64,000 bases of DNA from Oligoflexales bacterium (GCA_045105515.1 JBGCDR010000156.1:1-64000); one strand, 5' to 3'. Shown: positions 9,374-19,221, numbered from the stretch's first letter. The notes: generated by a model not told the origin, from the letters alone. Program-made: numbers and translations.

Positions 9374-10969
9374 ATGAACACATCCCAATCAAAAAAAATC
9401 TGTTATATTTTGTGCTTAATTCTATCAACCTTATCGGCATGCGGAGATGGTCGCAAACCCAGCTCAAGCTTTGAACCCTACTCACCAGCAGAAAAAGCCT
9501 TTATGAATGCAGCTAGAACTTATAAAATTCCCGTAAGATTTCTCGTTGCTGTGGGCTATGTTGAGTCAAACCTGAGTCCAAGTTCTGCTACTACCATCTA
9601 TGCAAATTCCCCTCTTGGTCCACAAGGTGGTGAAAGTGCATTCGGAATTTCTCGATCTCAGTTGGGAGTACCCCCTGGGCAAACTGGCGATATACTTGAA
9701 CTCCAAATTGAAGCTTACAGCCGTTGGATTATAAGCCAGCTTCCAAATGGTCTAAGCGACAATATTCAAAGCGATGAGGACAAGTTTAATTGGATCTGGA
9801 GTCTAGCTGCATTACACCGAGAAAACGATGCCACAAGCAGTTTATTCGCAAAAGAGTTAATTGAAACTCTCAACCAAGGGTTTCACTGGATTGACCCCAA
9901 AAGCGGTGATGTTATCCAATTTCCAGCAGAAGAACCTTCTATTGATATAGAAAACCTTAGGGATGTTTCGCGCAATCATTTGAGAATAATGAGCCTGACA
10001 AGAACATCACCAGTCGACTCTGCAAGAGTACTGGTACTGTCAGGACAACACAATTACGGACAAAAACAAGCACCGAGAGGTATTCAAGTGGTTCATTGTC
10101 CATTCTCTTTTTCAAGTTGTATCGAAATGCAACATTATGATGGCAAAGAAAGCAAAGACTTTCATCTTGGCGCTCATTTTGTAATCCCTCAAAGCCCTAG
10201 CCTTTCCGAATGGCCACTGCAGCTTACCCGGTATGATGATGCTGTTCCTCAGCTTGATACCAATGGAGAACTTAGTTTAAGTACTGAAAAAGTAACAATC
10301 ATGTTAACTGGCCTTTCCGGAAAAATGGTTTCCGGGATCAGGACACCAGCTTCTCCATCATGGCTAAGCCCATGGCAACTTCAACGTATGGGTGAACTCG
10401 TACGAGATATATGCGACATGCTGGTTCTAGAATATGAAGATTCGGACAATCCTCTTAGTAGAGGTGAGTGCATGGAAATTAGTAATACGGGAACCGGCTT
10501 CTCTTACCAAAAAATGGATGAACCATTCTATTGGGGAGCTATCTCAGACTTTGATCCATCAATATTTACATCTTACATTTTTCACTCTGATCAGTTTTCA
10601 GGAAAAACTGTGTTCGAATATCCATTAAAGAAACAAATTTTTTCAAAAAACGAACCAATAAGCCTAAATCTTACATTCGGACTCAGAGCTAAAAGTATCC
10701 ATTTCGAGCAACTAGTAAGATGCAAAGAAAATAACAGGGTGCTTTGGACCACCTCTAGCCAGGAACAGGTTCGATCTAAGGTTAACTTCTTGTTTGAAAA
10801 GCAAGTTTATGATGCCGGTCCAAATTACAATGGAACCCACTATATAAGAGCAAAGGTCTATGGAGAAAGTGGGGAGCTAATTGGCTGGGACTTGGCAACA
10901 GTTTACTTATCAGATTATGAAGAAAGCTCTCAAAACTTAGGTCCGGATGACTGCAAGAATCAACTTTAG
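9374..10969 (+). CDS. Lipoprotein with SLT/lysozyme-like N-terminal domain and degenerate Amidase_2-like domain
   Basis: Lipobox LSAC; AARTYKIPVRFLVAVGYVESNL; IQVVH...GAHFVI...QL...D...QLQRMGELVRDIC amidase-like scaffold. Confidence 0.6.
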   Translation: MNTSQSKKICYILCLILSTLSACGDGRKPSSSFEPYSPAEKAFMNAARTYKIPVRFLVAVGYVESNLSPSSATTIYANSPLGPQGGESAFGISRSQLGVPPGQTGDILELQIEAYSRWIISQLPNGLSDNIQSDEDKFNWIWSLAALHRENDATSSLFAKELIETLNQGFHWIDPKSGDVIQFPAEEPSIDIENLRDVSRNHLRIMSLTRTSPVDSARVLVLSGQHNYGQKQAPRGIQVVHCPFSFSSCIEMQHYDGKESKDFHLGAHFVIPQSPSLSEWPLQLTRYDDAVPQLDTNGELSLSTEKVTIMLTGLSGKMVSGIRTPASPSWLSPWQLQRMGELVRDICDMLVLEYEDSDNPLSRGECMEISNTGTGFSYQKMDEPFYWGAISDFDPSIFTSYIFHSDQFSGKTVFEYPLKKQIFSKNEPISLNLTFGLRAKSIHFEQLVRCKENNRVLWTTSSQEQVRSKVNFLFEKQVYDAGPNYNGTHYIRAKVYGESGELIGWDLATVYLSDYEESSQNLGPDDCKNQL

Positions 10970-11313
10970 GGCCATCTTAAGTAGCGGTTATCATTTTCCT
11001 GATCTTTTTTACCACCACGACGATAAGCAACCTCTTCTACTAAATCTACTTCGGAGTGTGACACAAAAGTTGTCATATTTTCATCATTTATCAGCTGTAG
11101 TGTATTTGGTGCTCTATAGCTAACATGTTTGATTTGGACCTCTGAATCAGTGTCCCAATTTTCGTTCTTTTTATATTTTAACTCCACCATATCGGTAGGA
11201 AGCATATCATGGAGCTTAGGGGGAAGCCTGCGCTTAACCTTTACCTGCTCTCCTGTATGAAAATCATTATAAATCACATTATAAGGTTTTCTACGGAAAT
11301 AAACTGGCTGCAA
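10966..11313 (-). CDS. Hypothetical protein
   Basis: 115-aa ORF converging on the neighbouring gene with a 4-nt stop overlap; AAGGGTG SD-like sequence before a TTG start. Confidence 0.7.
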   Translation of the reverse strand: MQPVYFRRKPYNVIYNDFHTGEQVKVKRRLPPKLHDMLPTDMVELKYKKNENWDTDSEVQIKHVSYRAPNTLQLINDENMTTFVSHSEVDLVEEVAYRRGGKKDQENDNRYLRWP

Positions 11314-11509
11314 TTGGTCACCCTTGAATTAAATTATACCAAAAACCATAAAAGGTTTTTGATTTAGCTAATAACTATTTTTAATACTCGGACAACAAAT
11401 AACTTATATTTAGGCAAAATTTGTCTGAAAAATAATAAACAACCGTAAATAAATGTATATTCCTGAAACCTTAACAAGATAAAAAGACTTATTAACAGGA
11501 ATGATCTGC

Positions 11510-11746
11510 TTAAATGATTTCTCTTCCTGCAATATATCCGGTACTACGGGTATTGCATCCACAAGTTCTATTACCCGCAGATTCGAAAGGTTGGTTACAA
11601 GCAATACAAGCTCTCACCCGAATTTTGATAGGAGCAAGATTTGCAAGTCTACGCGCTTGATTCTTCAGTTCTATATCTTTTACTACAGAAGGAGGAAGGC
11701 GTTTAACTTTTGGCATTTTTCGGTTCGTTGTCATTTCTGTTTCCAT
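11510..11746 (-). CDS. Small basic protein with putative Zn-ribbon
   Basis: 78 aa; RACIACNQPFES...RTCGC; GAGGG SD upstream. Confidence 0.7.
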   Translation of the reverse strand: METEMTTNRKMPKVKRLPPSVVKDIELKNQARRLANLAPIKIRVRACIACNQPFESAGNRTCGCNTRSTGYIAGREII

Positions 11747-12103
11747 CGCAGCCCTCAGCTAAAATTTACGAGAGATCGATCAGAAATCGATTAGATAGGG
11801 GTTAATTATATTGCATACAATCCTGCGAATGTCAATGGCCAAGACGTTATCAACTTTTTATTAACCATAAATTTGTGTGTTTTTCAACCAATAGGACCGG
11901 ATTAAGCATACCAATTTTCATAACAGCAAAAACTAAAACATACCTATAGGTACTGGTATTAAGAGCTAAAAATCCTCCAATAAAGAGAAAACTACTTAAA
12001 ATACTAGAGTAGCCTGCCTATTATATATTTATTAAGTTTTTTCTGGTACACTGCGCCTACTGATTGAGTCTTAAGATTAGAACCCTTTTGCTAAGGTAAC
12101 TAT

Positions 12104-12619
12104 ATGCCTATTTTTACAGTATTACTCTTCTTTATTATTTTTCTTGAAGTAAGCATATTTTCCCTTTGCTACTCTTTTTTAAGTATCTATTTTGGCAACG
12201 AAAATGCTAGCTTCGCTCTTATCTTGGAAACACTTTTAACAAGTGTTTTTGCATACCATATGCTAAAACAACAAGGGTTAAAAAGTTTCATCGATTTTCA
12301 AAAAGTTGGCCAGCTAGGCTCTTCTCCTGAGTCAATTTTGCTCTCCCAGCTTACCAAGCTTATAAGTGCTATACTTCTGATTGTCCCAGGAATTCTTACT
12401 GATATTAGTGGCTTACTTCTTCTCTGCCCTCCCATAAATAAAAAGCTTTTTGGACGCATGCGCAAAAGCACCCATCACTCTATTTTTACAAATGTTTTTC
12501 AAAGTTCTACCCAGTGGAGAGAGCCACACCCTCAACATCAATACAGAAAAAAAGAAATGAAACCAGATGACATTATTGATGTGGAAGTCGAAGACCTTTC
12601 GCAAAGAAGTTCAAAATAA
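12104..12619 (+). CDS. fxsA: FxsA-family membrane protein
   Basis: FLEVSIF...KQQG...LLIVPGILTDISGLLLL motif and a C-terminal DIIDVEVE. Confidence 0.85.
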   Translation: MPIFTVLLFFIIFLEVSIFSLCYSFLSIYFGNENASFALILETLLTSVFAYHMLKQQGLKSFIDFQKVGQLGSSPESILLSQLTKLISAILLIVPGILTDISGLLLLCPPINKKLFGRMRKSTHHSIFTNVFQSSTQWREPHPQHQYRKKEMKPDDIIDVEVEDLSQRSSK

Positions 12620-12625
12620 ATAGAG

Positions 12626-13396
12626 TCAGAATTTGTCCTTCATCGAACGAATAGCAGCAAAAACCTCCCAATCTTTAGATTTTTCCATTCCCAAGCGACT
12701 TCTAATAATTGACGAGCCAGTCCTCAAAAAAGGATTTGTATCTAGCTCTTTTTTTAAGGTAGTTGGTATGGTAGGTGATCCGCTCTTTCTAAGCTGCTTT
12801 ACTTCCTCAACTCTTTTAATTAAAGACCTATTCTCTGGCTCCAATGTCAATGCAAAAGCACCATTTGCTTCCGTATATTCATGAGCACAATAGATTTTGG
12901 TATCAGTGGGGAGCTGCTTAATATTTTCTAAACTTTTCCACATTTCTTCGGAGGTTCCTTCAAACAGTCGTCCACAACCCAAAGAAAAAAGGGTGTCTCC
13001 ACAAAATAAAAGATTATCATTCTTAACCCAGAAGCTTATTGCACCATTTGTATGACCAGGAGTATCAAGTATCTGTATCTTCCTCCCTACAAATTCAAAA
13101 GATGCGCCTCCAATCAACGCAAAATCAATCCCAGGTATGCGAGCCCGATCAAGTTGTGAGCCTATAACTTGACAGCCTGTACTATCTTTTAGTTTAAGGT
13201 TTCCACCAACATGGTCATGGTGGTGATGAGTATTCCAAATAGAGACTAATTGACCACTTATTTCAATTAATTTTTTTGAGACAGGATCAGCAGAACAAGG
13301 GTCAATCACAACAGTTTCTTGAGAATTAGGACTGAAAAGTAAAAAAATATAATTATCAGTTCTTGCAGGTATGATATGCACTTGTAATGAAGTCAT
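12626..13396 (-). CDS. gloB: Hydroxyacylglutathione hydrolase (glyoxalase II)
   Basis: DNYIF, THHHHDHVGG, TPGHT, GDTLFSLGCGRLFEG, CAHEYT and TNPFLR motifs. Confidence 0.96.
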   Translation of the reverse strand: MTSLQVHIIPARTDNYIFLLFSPNSQETVVIDPCSADPVSKKLIEISGQLVSIWNTHHHHDHVGGNLKLKDSTGCQVIGSQLDRARIPGIDFALIGGASFEFVGRKIQILDTPGHTNGAISFWVKNDNLLFCGDTLFSLGCGRLFEGTSEEMWKSLENIKQLPTDTKIYCAHEYTEANGAFALTLEPENRSLIKRVEEVKQLRKSGSPTIPTTLKKELDTNPFLRTGSSIIRSRLGMEKSKDWEVFAAIRSMKDKF

Positions 13397-13446
13397 CTCG
13401 ACCTTCCCATTCTTGCAAGGTTTTTCAGGCTCATTATGGACAACAA

Positions 13447-14256
13447 CTAAATGCTATTAAATAAGCCTTCACTAGAACTTTGAGGCTTACTGTCTTTGCC
13501 ATTCGTTGATATTTGATCATGACAAATCAACATTTTTTCTCTCACTCTCTGAGCAAATTCACTTGAGCTTTCATCAGGAAATGAATTCATGAAAGGTAAA
13601 ATTGAGATTTTTATTGTTGCACTATTTGGGCAAATTGTCTTCTTCTTCAAAAGCTTTCCAGAACCATGCAAGACGACAGGAAGAACTGGCACACCACACT
13701 TCTGGGCAAGACGAAAAGCTCCTGACTTAAAATCCTTTGGCCTACCACTTGTTGACCGAGTACCTTCAGGAAAGTAGAGCATTGGAGTCCCAGCCTTGAC
13801 AATATCTTCACTCATTTTTAAGGCTTTTGCATGAGATGACTTGTCTCCACGCACAATAGGAACGTAGCCAGCAGCCTTCATAGCAGTACCCACCAATGGA
13901 ACATCAAAAACCGTTTGCTTGGATAGCCACCTGAATTGAATCCCTAAAAAGTATATTGCAAGAATATCTGTGCCACTTTCGTGGTTTGCAACAATAACAA
14001 AAGGGGTCTTCTCAGCGGGCAAATTGTCTTCCCCTTGAATCTCAACATCCCAACCCGGAATCCCTTTGAGCAGCGATCTCCCCCATCTAGAAGCAACACT
14101 ATGGGCTGCATCATTACTATAAGGCTCGCCCCTTATAATAAACAGCAAACGCTCAAACCCCATAACAACAAAATAATAAACAGTGCTCACCGCAAAAAAA
14201 ATCAACAACCAAGCTGTTTTGATTATTCGTAAAAACATATACTCACTCTTCCACAC
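13447..14256 (-). CDS. plsC: 1-acyl-sn-glycerol-3-phosphate acyltransferase
   Basis: NHESGTD (HX4D), FPEGTRS and FKSGAF motifs. Confidence 0.9.
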   Translation of the reverse strand: MWKSEYMFLRIIKTAWLLIFFAVSTVYYFVVMGFERLLFIIRGEPYSNDAAHSVASRWGRSLLKGIPGWDVEIQGEDNLPAEKTPFVIVANHESGTDILAIYFLGIQFRWLSKQTVFDVPLVGTAMKAAGYVPIVRGDKSSHAKALKMSEDIVKAGTPMLYFPEGTRSTSGRPKDFKSGAFRLAQKCGVPVLPVVLHGSGKLLKKKTICPNSATIKISILPFMNSFPDESSSEFAQRVREKMLICHDQISTNGKDSKPQSSSEGLFNSI

Positions 14257-15463
14257 TCAAAGATAAGTAAACATGAGAAGCAACAAATCTAGCCACTTCT
14301 TCCTTTGATTTCAATAAGATAGGATCGCCGACCCCATCCCGATTTCGAGGATAAATCAAAGCCGTGTGCTTGTCTAAAGAAACATCCCTCAACTGATTTA
14401 AAACCATCAAACTCAGGTCATAATTTGACATATAAGTCTGAGCATAGGAATGGGCTTCATCTGCGGAATAGTAGGTTTCAAGCTTAAATCCGACCTTAAC
14501 TTTTCGCCTTGGCTCTAATTTTTCGATGATCTTATGGGTTCGATGCATCGTGAAATTAATAGACTCATGTTGATTCGACTTTATCTTCCCCTCTACTTTT
14601 TCACTAGGAAGAAAGTCTAAGATTGAAGCTGCGCACACAGCAGCACCTGCCCTATGTTTCAGGAGCTGCAAACATTCCGACTCCATCTCCGAGTTGGTTT
14701 CACAAGGTTTTAGGTAGGTAAAAACCTTTGGATAAACCTGACAAAAACCGGCCACAACATAAGTAAGGCAACCATATCGATACAATTCTTCAGAAATTAA
14801 AGAGCCTAGCTTACCGCTAGAGTAATTAGAAATATAGCGAATATCATCTATGTACCCGCGAGTACTGCCCATGCATACCATCACTCCATGGGAGTCCAAT
14901 AGTTTATGCCATCGACGATTAAGAAGGTGAGAAACCTCATCTGCTAGCACCACTGGTTCAGGAAACTTAAGCTTCCCTTCTTCAGTCCTTGGCTTCAAAA
15001 CCACAGCCATTGACGATACTATTTCAATATTTTTTGCTATTGAGGGAGAGTTGTAGAGACTGTCATGCATGTTAGGTAGAAAAACAACAGGTTTGCCCTC
15101 TCCAAGGTAAGAGGCTACTAGGGCACATCCAGGCGAGTCAGTAACACCATTCGCAATCTTTGCAAACATGTTTGCAGAGCTTGGGGCGACAATCATCGCA
15201 TCCCGAGAAGCGAGATGGCTATGCCTCCCTGAAAAACGAGCTTGAACTTCCTTACCACCAGATGCCCAGGAAAGGGCGTCGGCACCAATGAAGCGTCTTG
15301 CTCCATCAGATAGGATAGGATAGACCTCAGCTCCAAGCCTTCTCAGAGAGCGAATAAATCTGACACTTTCAACAGCCCCAATTGAGCCAGAAACAAGCAC
15401 ATCAATCTTCCTCCCTTTAAGGGATTTAGAAATATGCTCAACCTGCAAATCTGAGTGAAGCAT
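14243..15463 (-). CDS. coaBC: Bifunctional PPC decarboxylase/synthetase, archaeal-like CoaC half
   Basis: Flavoprotein N-half (SGSIGAV, APSSANMFAKIANG, PNMH) and CoaB half (YIDDIRYISNYSSGKLG, VGFKLET). Confidence 0.9.
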   Translation of the reverse strand: MLHSDLQVEHISKSLKGRKIDVLVSGSIGAVESVRFIRSLRRLGAEVYPILSDGARRFIGADALSWASGGKEVQARFSGRHSHLASRDAMIVAPSSANMFAKIANGVTDSPGCALVASYLGEGKPVVFLPNMHDSLYNSPSIAKNIEIVSSMAVVLKPRTEEGKLKFPEPVVLADEVSHLLNRRWHKLLDSHGVMVCMGSTRGYIDDIRYISNYSSGKLGSLISEELYRYGCLTYVVAGFCQVYPKVFTYLKPCETNSEMESECLQLLKHRAGAAVCAASILDFLPSEKVEGKIKSNQHESINFTMHRTHKIIEKLEPRRKVKVGFKLETYYSADEAHSYAQTYMSNYDLSLMVLNQLRDVSLDKHTALIYPRNRDGVGDPILLKSKEEVARFVASHVYLSLSVEE

Positions 15464-15525
15464 GCTCGCTTTCTCCGCGATAGCATGTAGCTGTTATTGT
15501 GTTATAAGACTATAACCGCTTGTTT

Positions 15526-15684
15526 TTATGAATTTTTCACTGCCTGTTCATGGGCGTTTGGAACATTAAGTGGAAGTTGTTTTGCTGTACTGCCATATTT
15601 GCGAATCTTATTCTTTCGCAATTTTGCCATACTAGCTTTTTTCAATGCACGACGAATTTTAAGTTTTTTAGTAGGTGATGCCAT
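15526..15684 (-). CDS. Small highly basic protein (52 aa, below the ORF-track cut-off)
   Basis: MASPTKKLKIRRALKKASMAKLRKNKIRKYGSTAKQLPLNVPNAHEQAVKNS; purine-rich AAAGAGAAAG upstream; co-oriented with neighbours. Confidence 0.7.
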   Translation of the reverse strand: MASPTKKLKIRRALKKASMAKLRKNKIRKYGSTAKQLPLNVPNAHEQAVKNS

Positions 15685-15817
15685 TAGCTTTCTCTTTATA
15701 TCTATACTTTATATGATCTTTAATGGGATCGATAGAACACGAATGGGGAGGGTATGTAAAATTTACAGAAAAGGCAAGCCTAAATTGAGTACTCTGATTA
15801 CTAAACCCAATCACCGA

Positions 15818-16390
15818 CTATATAGAGGACTCCTGCAAACTTTCCAAAAGAAAGTAGCATGGCAGATCTTGGTTCATAGATGCAACCGCATTGCTTTCTG
15901 TAACAGGCCGAAATCCTGTGCGCAAAAACAGTTTACGGGCATTAATCATATGTTTGCTAGTCTCGAGATAAAGCCGATGATAACCCACGATTTTAGCCTC
16001 ATCTATGCAACGATGTAACAAACGCGAACCAATACCCTGACCACGAAACTCTTCATTCACCACCAAATCTCTGACCTCTCCGACCCCCTCAGATAAAGGC
16101 AAGCCATGGAGTGGGCCTATACCAGCGCAGGCAACACTAGCTCCTTGGGCATCTTTTGCAACAAACAAACGCCCACCTTCCTGACTGTATATTTTGTAGA
16201 GACTATTCAAGCGCCTAAATGTAGCTGTGAGAACCGAATCTGACTCTTCGAAACTCTCCATATTTCTCTTTATGAGAGATATGGCTTCTTGTTCATCTGC
16301 CTTGGCTAATACTTCTATTATGATTTCCTCGACCATCATCGGCATCCTATTAGTCATGACACTCATTAAATCAAAGCCAGAGTCCACCAT
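15818..16390 (-). CDS. GNAT-family N-acetyltransferase
   Basis: LVVNEEFRGQGIGSRLL acetyl-CoA motif; LYLET...ARKLF..TGF; AAGGA SD. Confidence 0.92.
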   Translation of the reverse strand: MVDSGFDLMSVMTNRMPMMVEEIIIEVLAKADEQEAISLIKRNMESFEESDSVLTATFRRLNSLYKIYSQEGGRLFVAKDAQGASVACAGIGPLHGLPLSEGVGEVRDLVVNEEFRGQGIGSRLLHRCIDEAKIVGYHRLYLETSKHMINARKLFLRTGFRPVTESNAVASMNQDLPCYFLLESLQESSI

Positions 16391-16783
16391 AAGCTATCCT
16401 TGAAAAACATTATAAACCTGCGCTCAATAGAGCCATCAACTTGCCCACGACCCTTAAGCAAAAGGACCAAAATGCGGACCTGTTGGTTGTATAACAAACC
16501 AAAAATGAGAACTACTAGAGCGGGAAGCACGCCTTCTAGCTAAGGCAGCTACGGCCGCCACCCTTAGCGAGAAGCTAAGAACAGCATAAGCTTGGTATCA
16601 ACATAGTATCACGTAAATCAATTGCCATAAACTGCTTCCTTACCAACCAGCATTGCCATATTGACACTACTATTCTTTTATATGATTTAGGCAATTAACA
16701 CAAATAAGCCTATCCACTTGAAAATTTTTTTTTGTCCGTCCATAAAGAAAGAACCTTTTAGCATCTAGGAATAAGGAGTTTCC

Positions 16784-17440
16784 ATGTATAGACGCAAATC
16801 ATTAGGTGCTCTTGCTATGTTTACTTGCTTGCTGATCCCTCAATTACCACCCTGTTCTGTAAGTGCCGCAGAAATCAGTCTAGTCCATGGCTTATACAAG
16901 CAATCAAAAGTCAAAGATGGCATGTCCAAATCTGACATAACATTAGGAGGGAGATACAGCGAACAATTTGAGGAGCACATGTACTGGTTTGGCCAAGCAG
17001 ACTTAAGCCTTAAGACATACTCTGGAGGCTCTCCAACTCCAAGTAATTCAACCAACCTCAGCCTTGCTGGTGGCTCCCGATATTACCTGGATCGTCTTAG
17101 CGAACGTATCTCACCTTTTGCTTCGGGCACTGTAAGTTTTAAAAGTACTACCGATGCTATTCAACAGTTTGGCACTATTCAGGAAGTCTCCCTTTCAGGC
17201 TTATATTACGGGGCTGATGTAGGCATGAGGTTTAGCCTCTCATCTGATTTTTTTCTGGACTTAAGTACTCCACTTTTTGAAAGTGCTTTATTTGCCAACG
17301 AAAAAACTACAACAAAGATCCAAGATCCAACAAGTGGGGACGTTACAGAAACCAGCCAAGAGCGCAGCGTCAATGAACTGTATGTAAATACACAGAGTGC
17401 CTTTTCGAGCTTAATAGTCTCTGTTGGTATGCGACTATAG
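16784..17440 (+). CDS. Outer-membrane beta-barrel protein
   Basis: Signal peptide, amphipathic strands, C-terminal VSVGMRL; AAGGAG SD. Confidence 0.75.
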   Translation: MYRRKSLGALAMFTCLLIPQLPPCSVSAAEISLVHGLYKQSKVKDGMSKSDITLGGRYSEQFEEHMYWFGQADLSLKTYSGGSPTPSNSTNLSLAGGSRYYLDRLSERISPFASGTVSFKSTTDAIQQFGTIQEVSLSGLYYGADVGMRFSLSSDFFLDLSTPLFESALFANEKTTTKIQDPTSGDVTETSQERSVNELYVNTQSAFSSLIVSVGMRL

Positions 17441-17538
17441 ATAGCCTTATAGCTCCCTGATACATAAATTCCGTGCTAAAATTCTATTTGTTGTACCCAA
17501 TTCCAAGAATGAAAAAGAACTTTAAGGATTCAAATAGG

Positions 17539-18135
17539 ATGAAACTTAGACTTATCACTCTAACACTGGTTTTTCTAGGTTGCACCTATAGCCTTTCTAA
17601 AGAATCTGCTACAGATCTTAAGACTTCTACAACTCAAAAAACCTACAAAGCACCCAAATTTATAACTTGGGAAGAATGGCTTAAAAAAACAATTAAAGAT
17701 AGAGACATTAAAGACAACTTAGAAATTGTAAGCCTTACCAGCAGTGGCGGATTTCATGGAGGTGGCAGCGGCAACTTATTCCTTCTTGTTGAGGAAAAAA
17801 CAAAGAAAGGAAGTTTGCTATCTACAGGTCCCATGCATGCCCCAAGAATTGATAAAAAAGTTTCCTATGACTCCCATGACTTAAACAGCGACAAAATCTC
17901 TGTGTTTCTCAAAAAAATGGAATCCTTTCCAAGCAAAGCATACACTTCCAGAGGTTTTGATCTATATCGATATACTTGGACTCATTATAATTTTAGTGAC
18001 GACAAACTACTGAGGACGTCAAAACCAGTCTCCTTTGATGATCCTTTCATAGGTCGCAGCGGTTCAATTCGCCACCAGGAGATCATCAACGCATTTAAAT
18101 TCCTAAAAGACAAACCTACAAAAAATAAGGAATAA
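17539..18135 (+). CDS. Hypothetical lipoprotein
   Basis: Start refined to MKLRLITLTLVFLGC (lipobox); lies 5 nt upstream of pfkA. Confidence 0.7.
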   Translation: MKLRLITLTLVFLGCTYSLSKESATDLKTSTTQKTYKAPKFITWEEWLKKTIKDRDIKDNLEIVSLTSSGGFHGGGSGNLFLLVEEKTKKGSLLSTGPMHAPRIDKKVSYDSHDLNSDKISVFLKKMESFPSKAYTSRGFDLYRYTWTHYNFSDDKLLRTSKPVSFDDPFIGRSGSIRHQEIINAFKFLKDKPTKNKE

Positions 18136-18140
18136 AGATC

Positions 18141-19202
18141 GTGAAGAAGATTGGTATTTGCACAGGAGGTGGCGATTGCCCTGGTTTAAATGCGGCAATA
18201 CGATGCGTAGTGAAACACGCTATACACACCCATAAGATGCAAGTGATTGGAATCAGAGACAGCTTCCAAGGCTTACAAAAACGGCCTGTAGCTGCCTTTG
18301 AGTTATTCTATGACCATGTGGCAGACATTCTTCACAAGGGCGGGACCATACTAGGAACTTATAACAAAGGGGACAACTTTAAGAGCGCTGATGGCAAGAA
18401 AAAGATTGCATTAACGCTCGAAGGTTTCAAGTCATTGGGTCTAGACGCACTAATCGTTGTGGGCGGAGAAGGCACTCAGACTATGGCTAGCCAGCTTCAT
18501 GAAGCTGGGATTCCTACAATTGGCATTCCAAAGACCATTGATAACGACTTACCTGAAACTGATCAAACCATCGGTTTTTCAAGCTGCATAGAGCTTGTCA
18601 ATGAATCTGTAATGCGCTTGCAATCTACTGCAGAATCACATGATAGAGTCATGGTTCTTGAAGTAATGGGGCGAGACTCAGGCTTCATAGCTTTGCAGGG
18701 GGGAGTTGCGGGAGGTGCTAATGTCATTCTTATCCCAGAGATCCCATTCACTTATGAATCGATTTGCACCAAGATAAAGTATCGACAATCTCTAGGTAGG
18801 AATTATTCACTTGTTGTTGTCTCAGAGGGAGCCTTCCCGAAGGGAGAAGAAGCTAAGTATAAACTAAACATGTCTGGTGCAAAAAACCTCGGCGGAATCG
18901 GGCAAATTGTAGCGGATGAACTGCAAAGTCGGACTAAAATGGATACTAGAATCACTGTACTTGGGCATTTACAGCGAGGTGGACAACCCAATACAAGTGA
19001 CAAAATACTGGCCACGCGCTTCGCAATCCATGCAGTCGACTTAGCGACTAAGGGAGAAACGGGGCGGGTTGTAGTGCTAAAAAGTAATCAAATCACATCA
19101 GTCCCTTATGAAAAAATAAAAAACCATGAACGCCGAAAGATCAGTATGGACGACGACCTATTAAAAGCATCAGAAGACATTGGGATATGTTTAGGGCGAT
19201 AA
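18141..19202 (+). CDS. pfkA: 6-phosphofructokinase (mixed-substrate group III type, likely ATP-dependent)
   Basis: TGGGDCPGLNA, GGTILGT, GGEG, PKTIDND, EVMGR and LGHLQRGG motifs. Confidence 0.95.
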   Translation: MKKIGICTGGGDCPGLNAAIRCVVKHAIHTHKMQVIGIRDSFQGLQKRPVAAFELFYDHVADILHKGGTILGTYNKGDNFKSADGKKKIALTLEGFKSLGLDALIVVGGEGTQTMASQLHEAGIPTIGIPKTIDNDLPETDQTIGFSSCIELVNESVMRLQSTAESHDRVMVLEVMGRDSGFIALQGGVAGGANVILIPEIPFTYESICTKIKYRQSLGRNYSLVVVSEGAFPKGEEAKYKLNMSGAKNLGGIGQIVADELQSRTKMDTRITVLGHLQRGGQPNTSDKILATRFAIHAVDLATKGETGRVVVLKSNQITSVPYEKIKNHERRKISMDDDLLKASEDIGICLGR

Positions 19203-19221
19203 AAAATTTGTTCGGGTTTTT

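Noticed and set aside
15497..16018. 173-aa plus-strand ORF
   Set aside because: It is the antisense shadow of the 52-aa basic ORF and the GNAT 3' end, with no coherent protein features.
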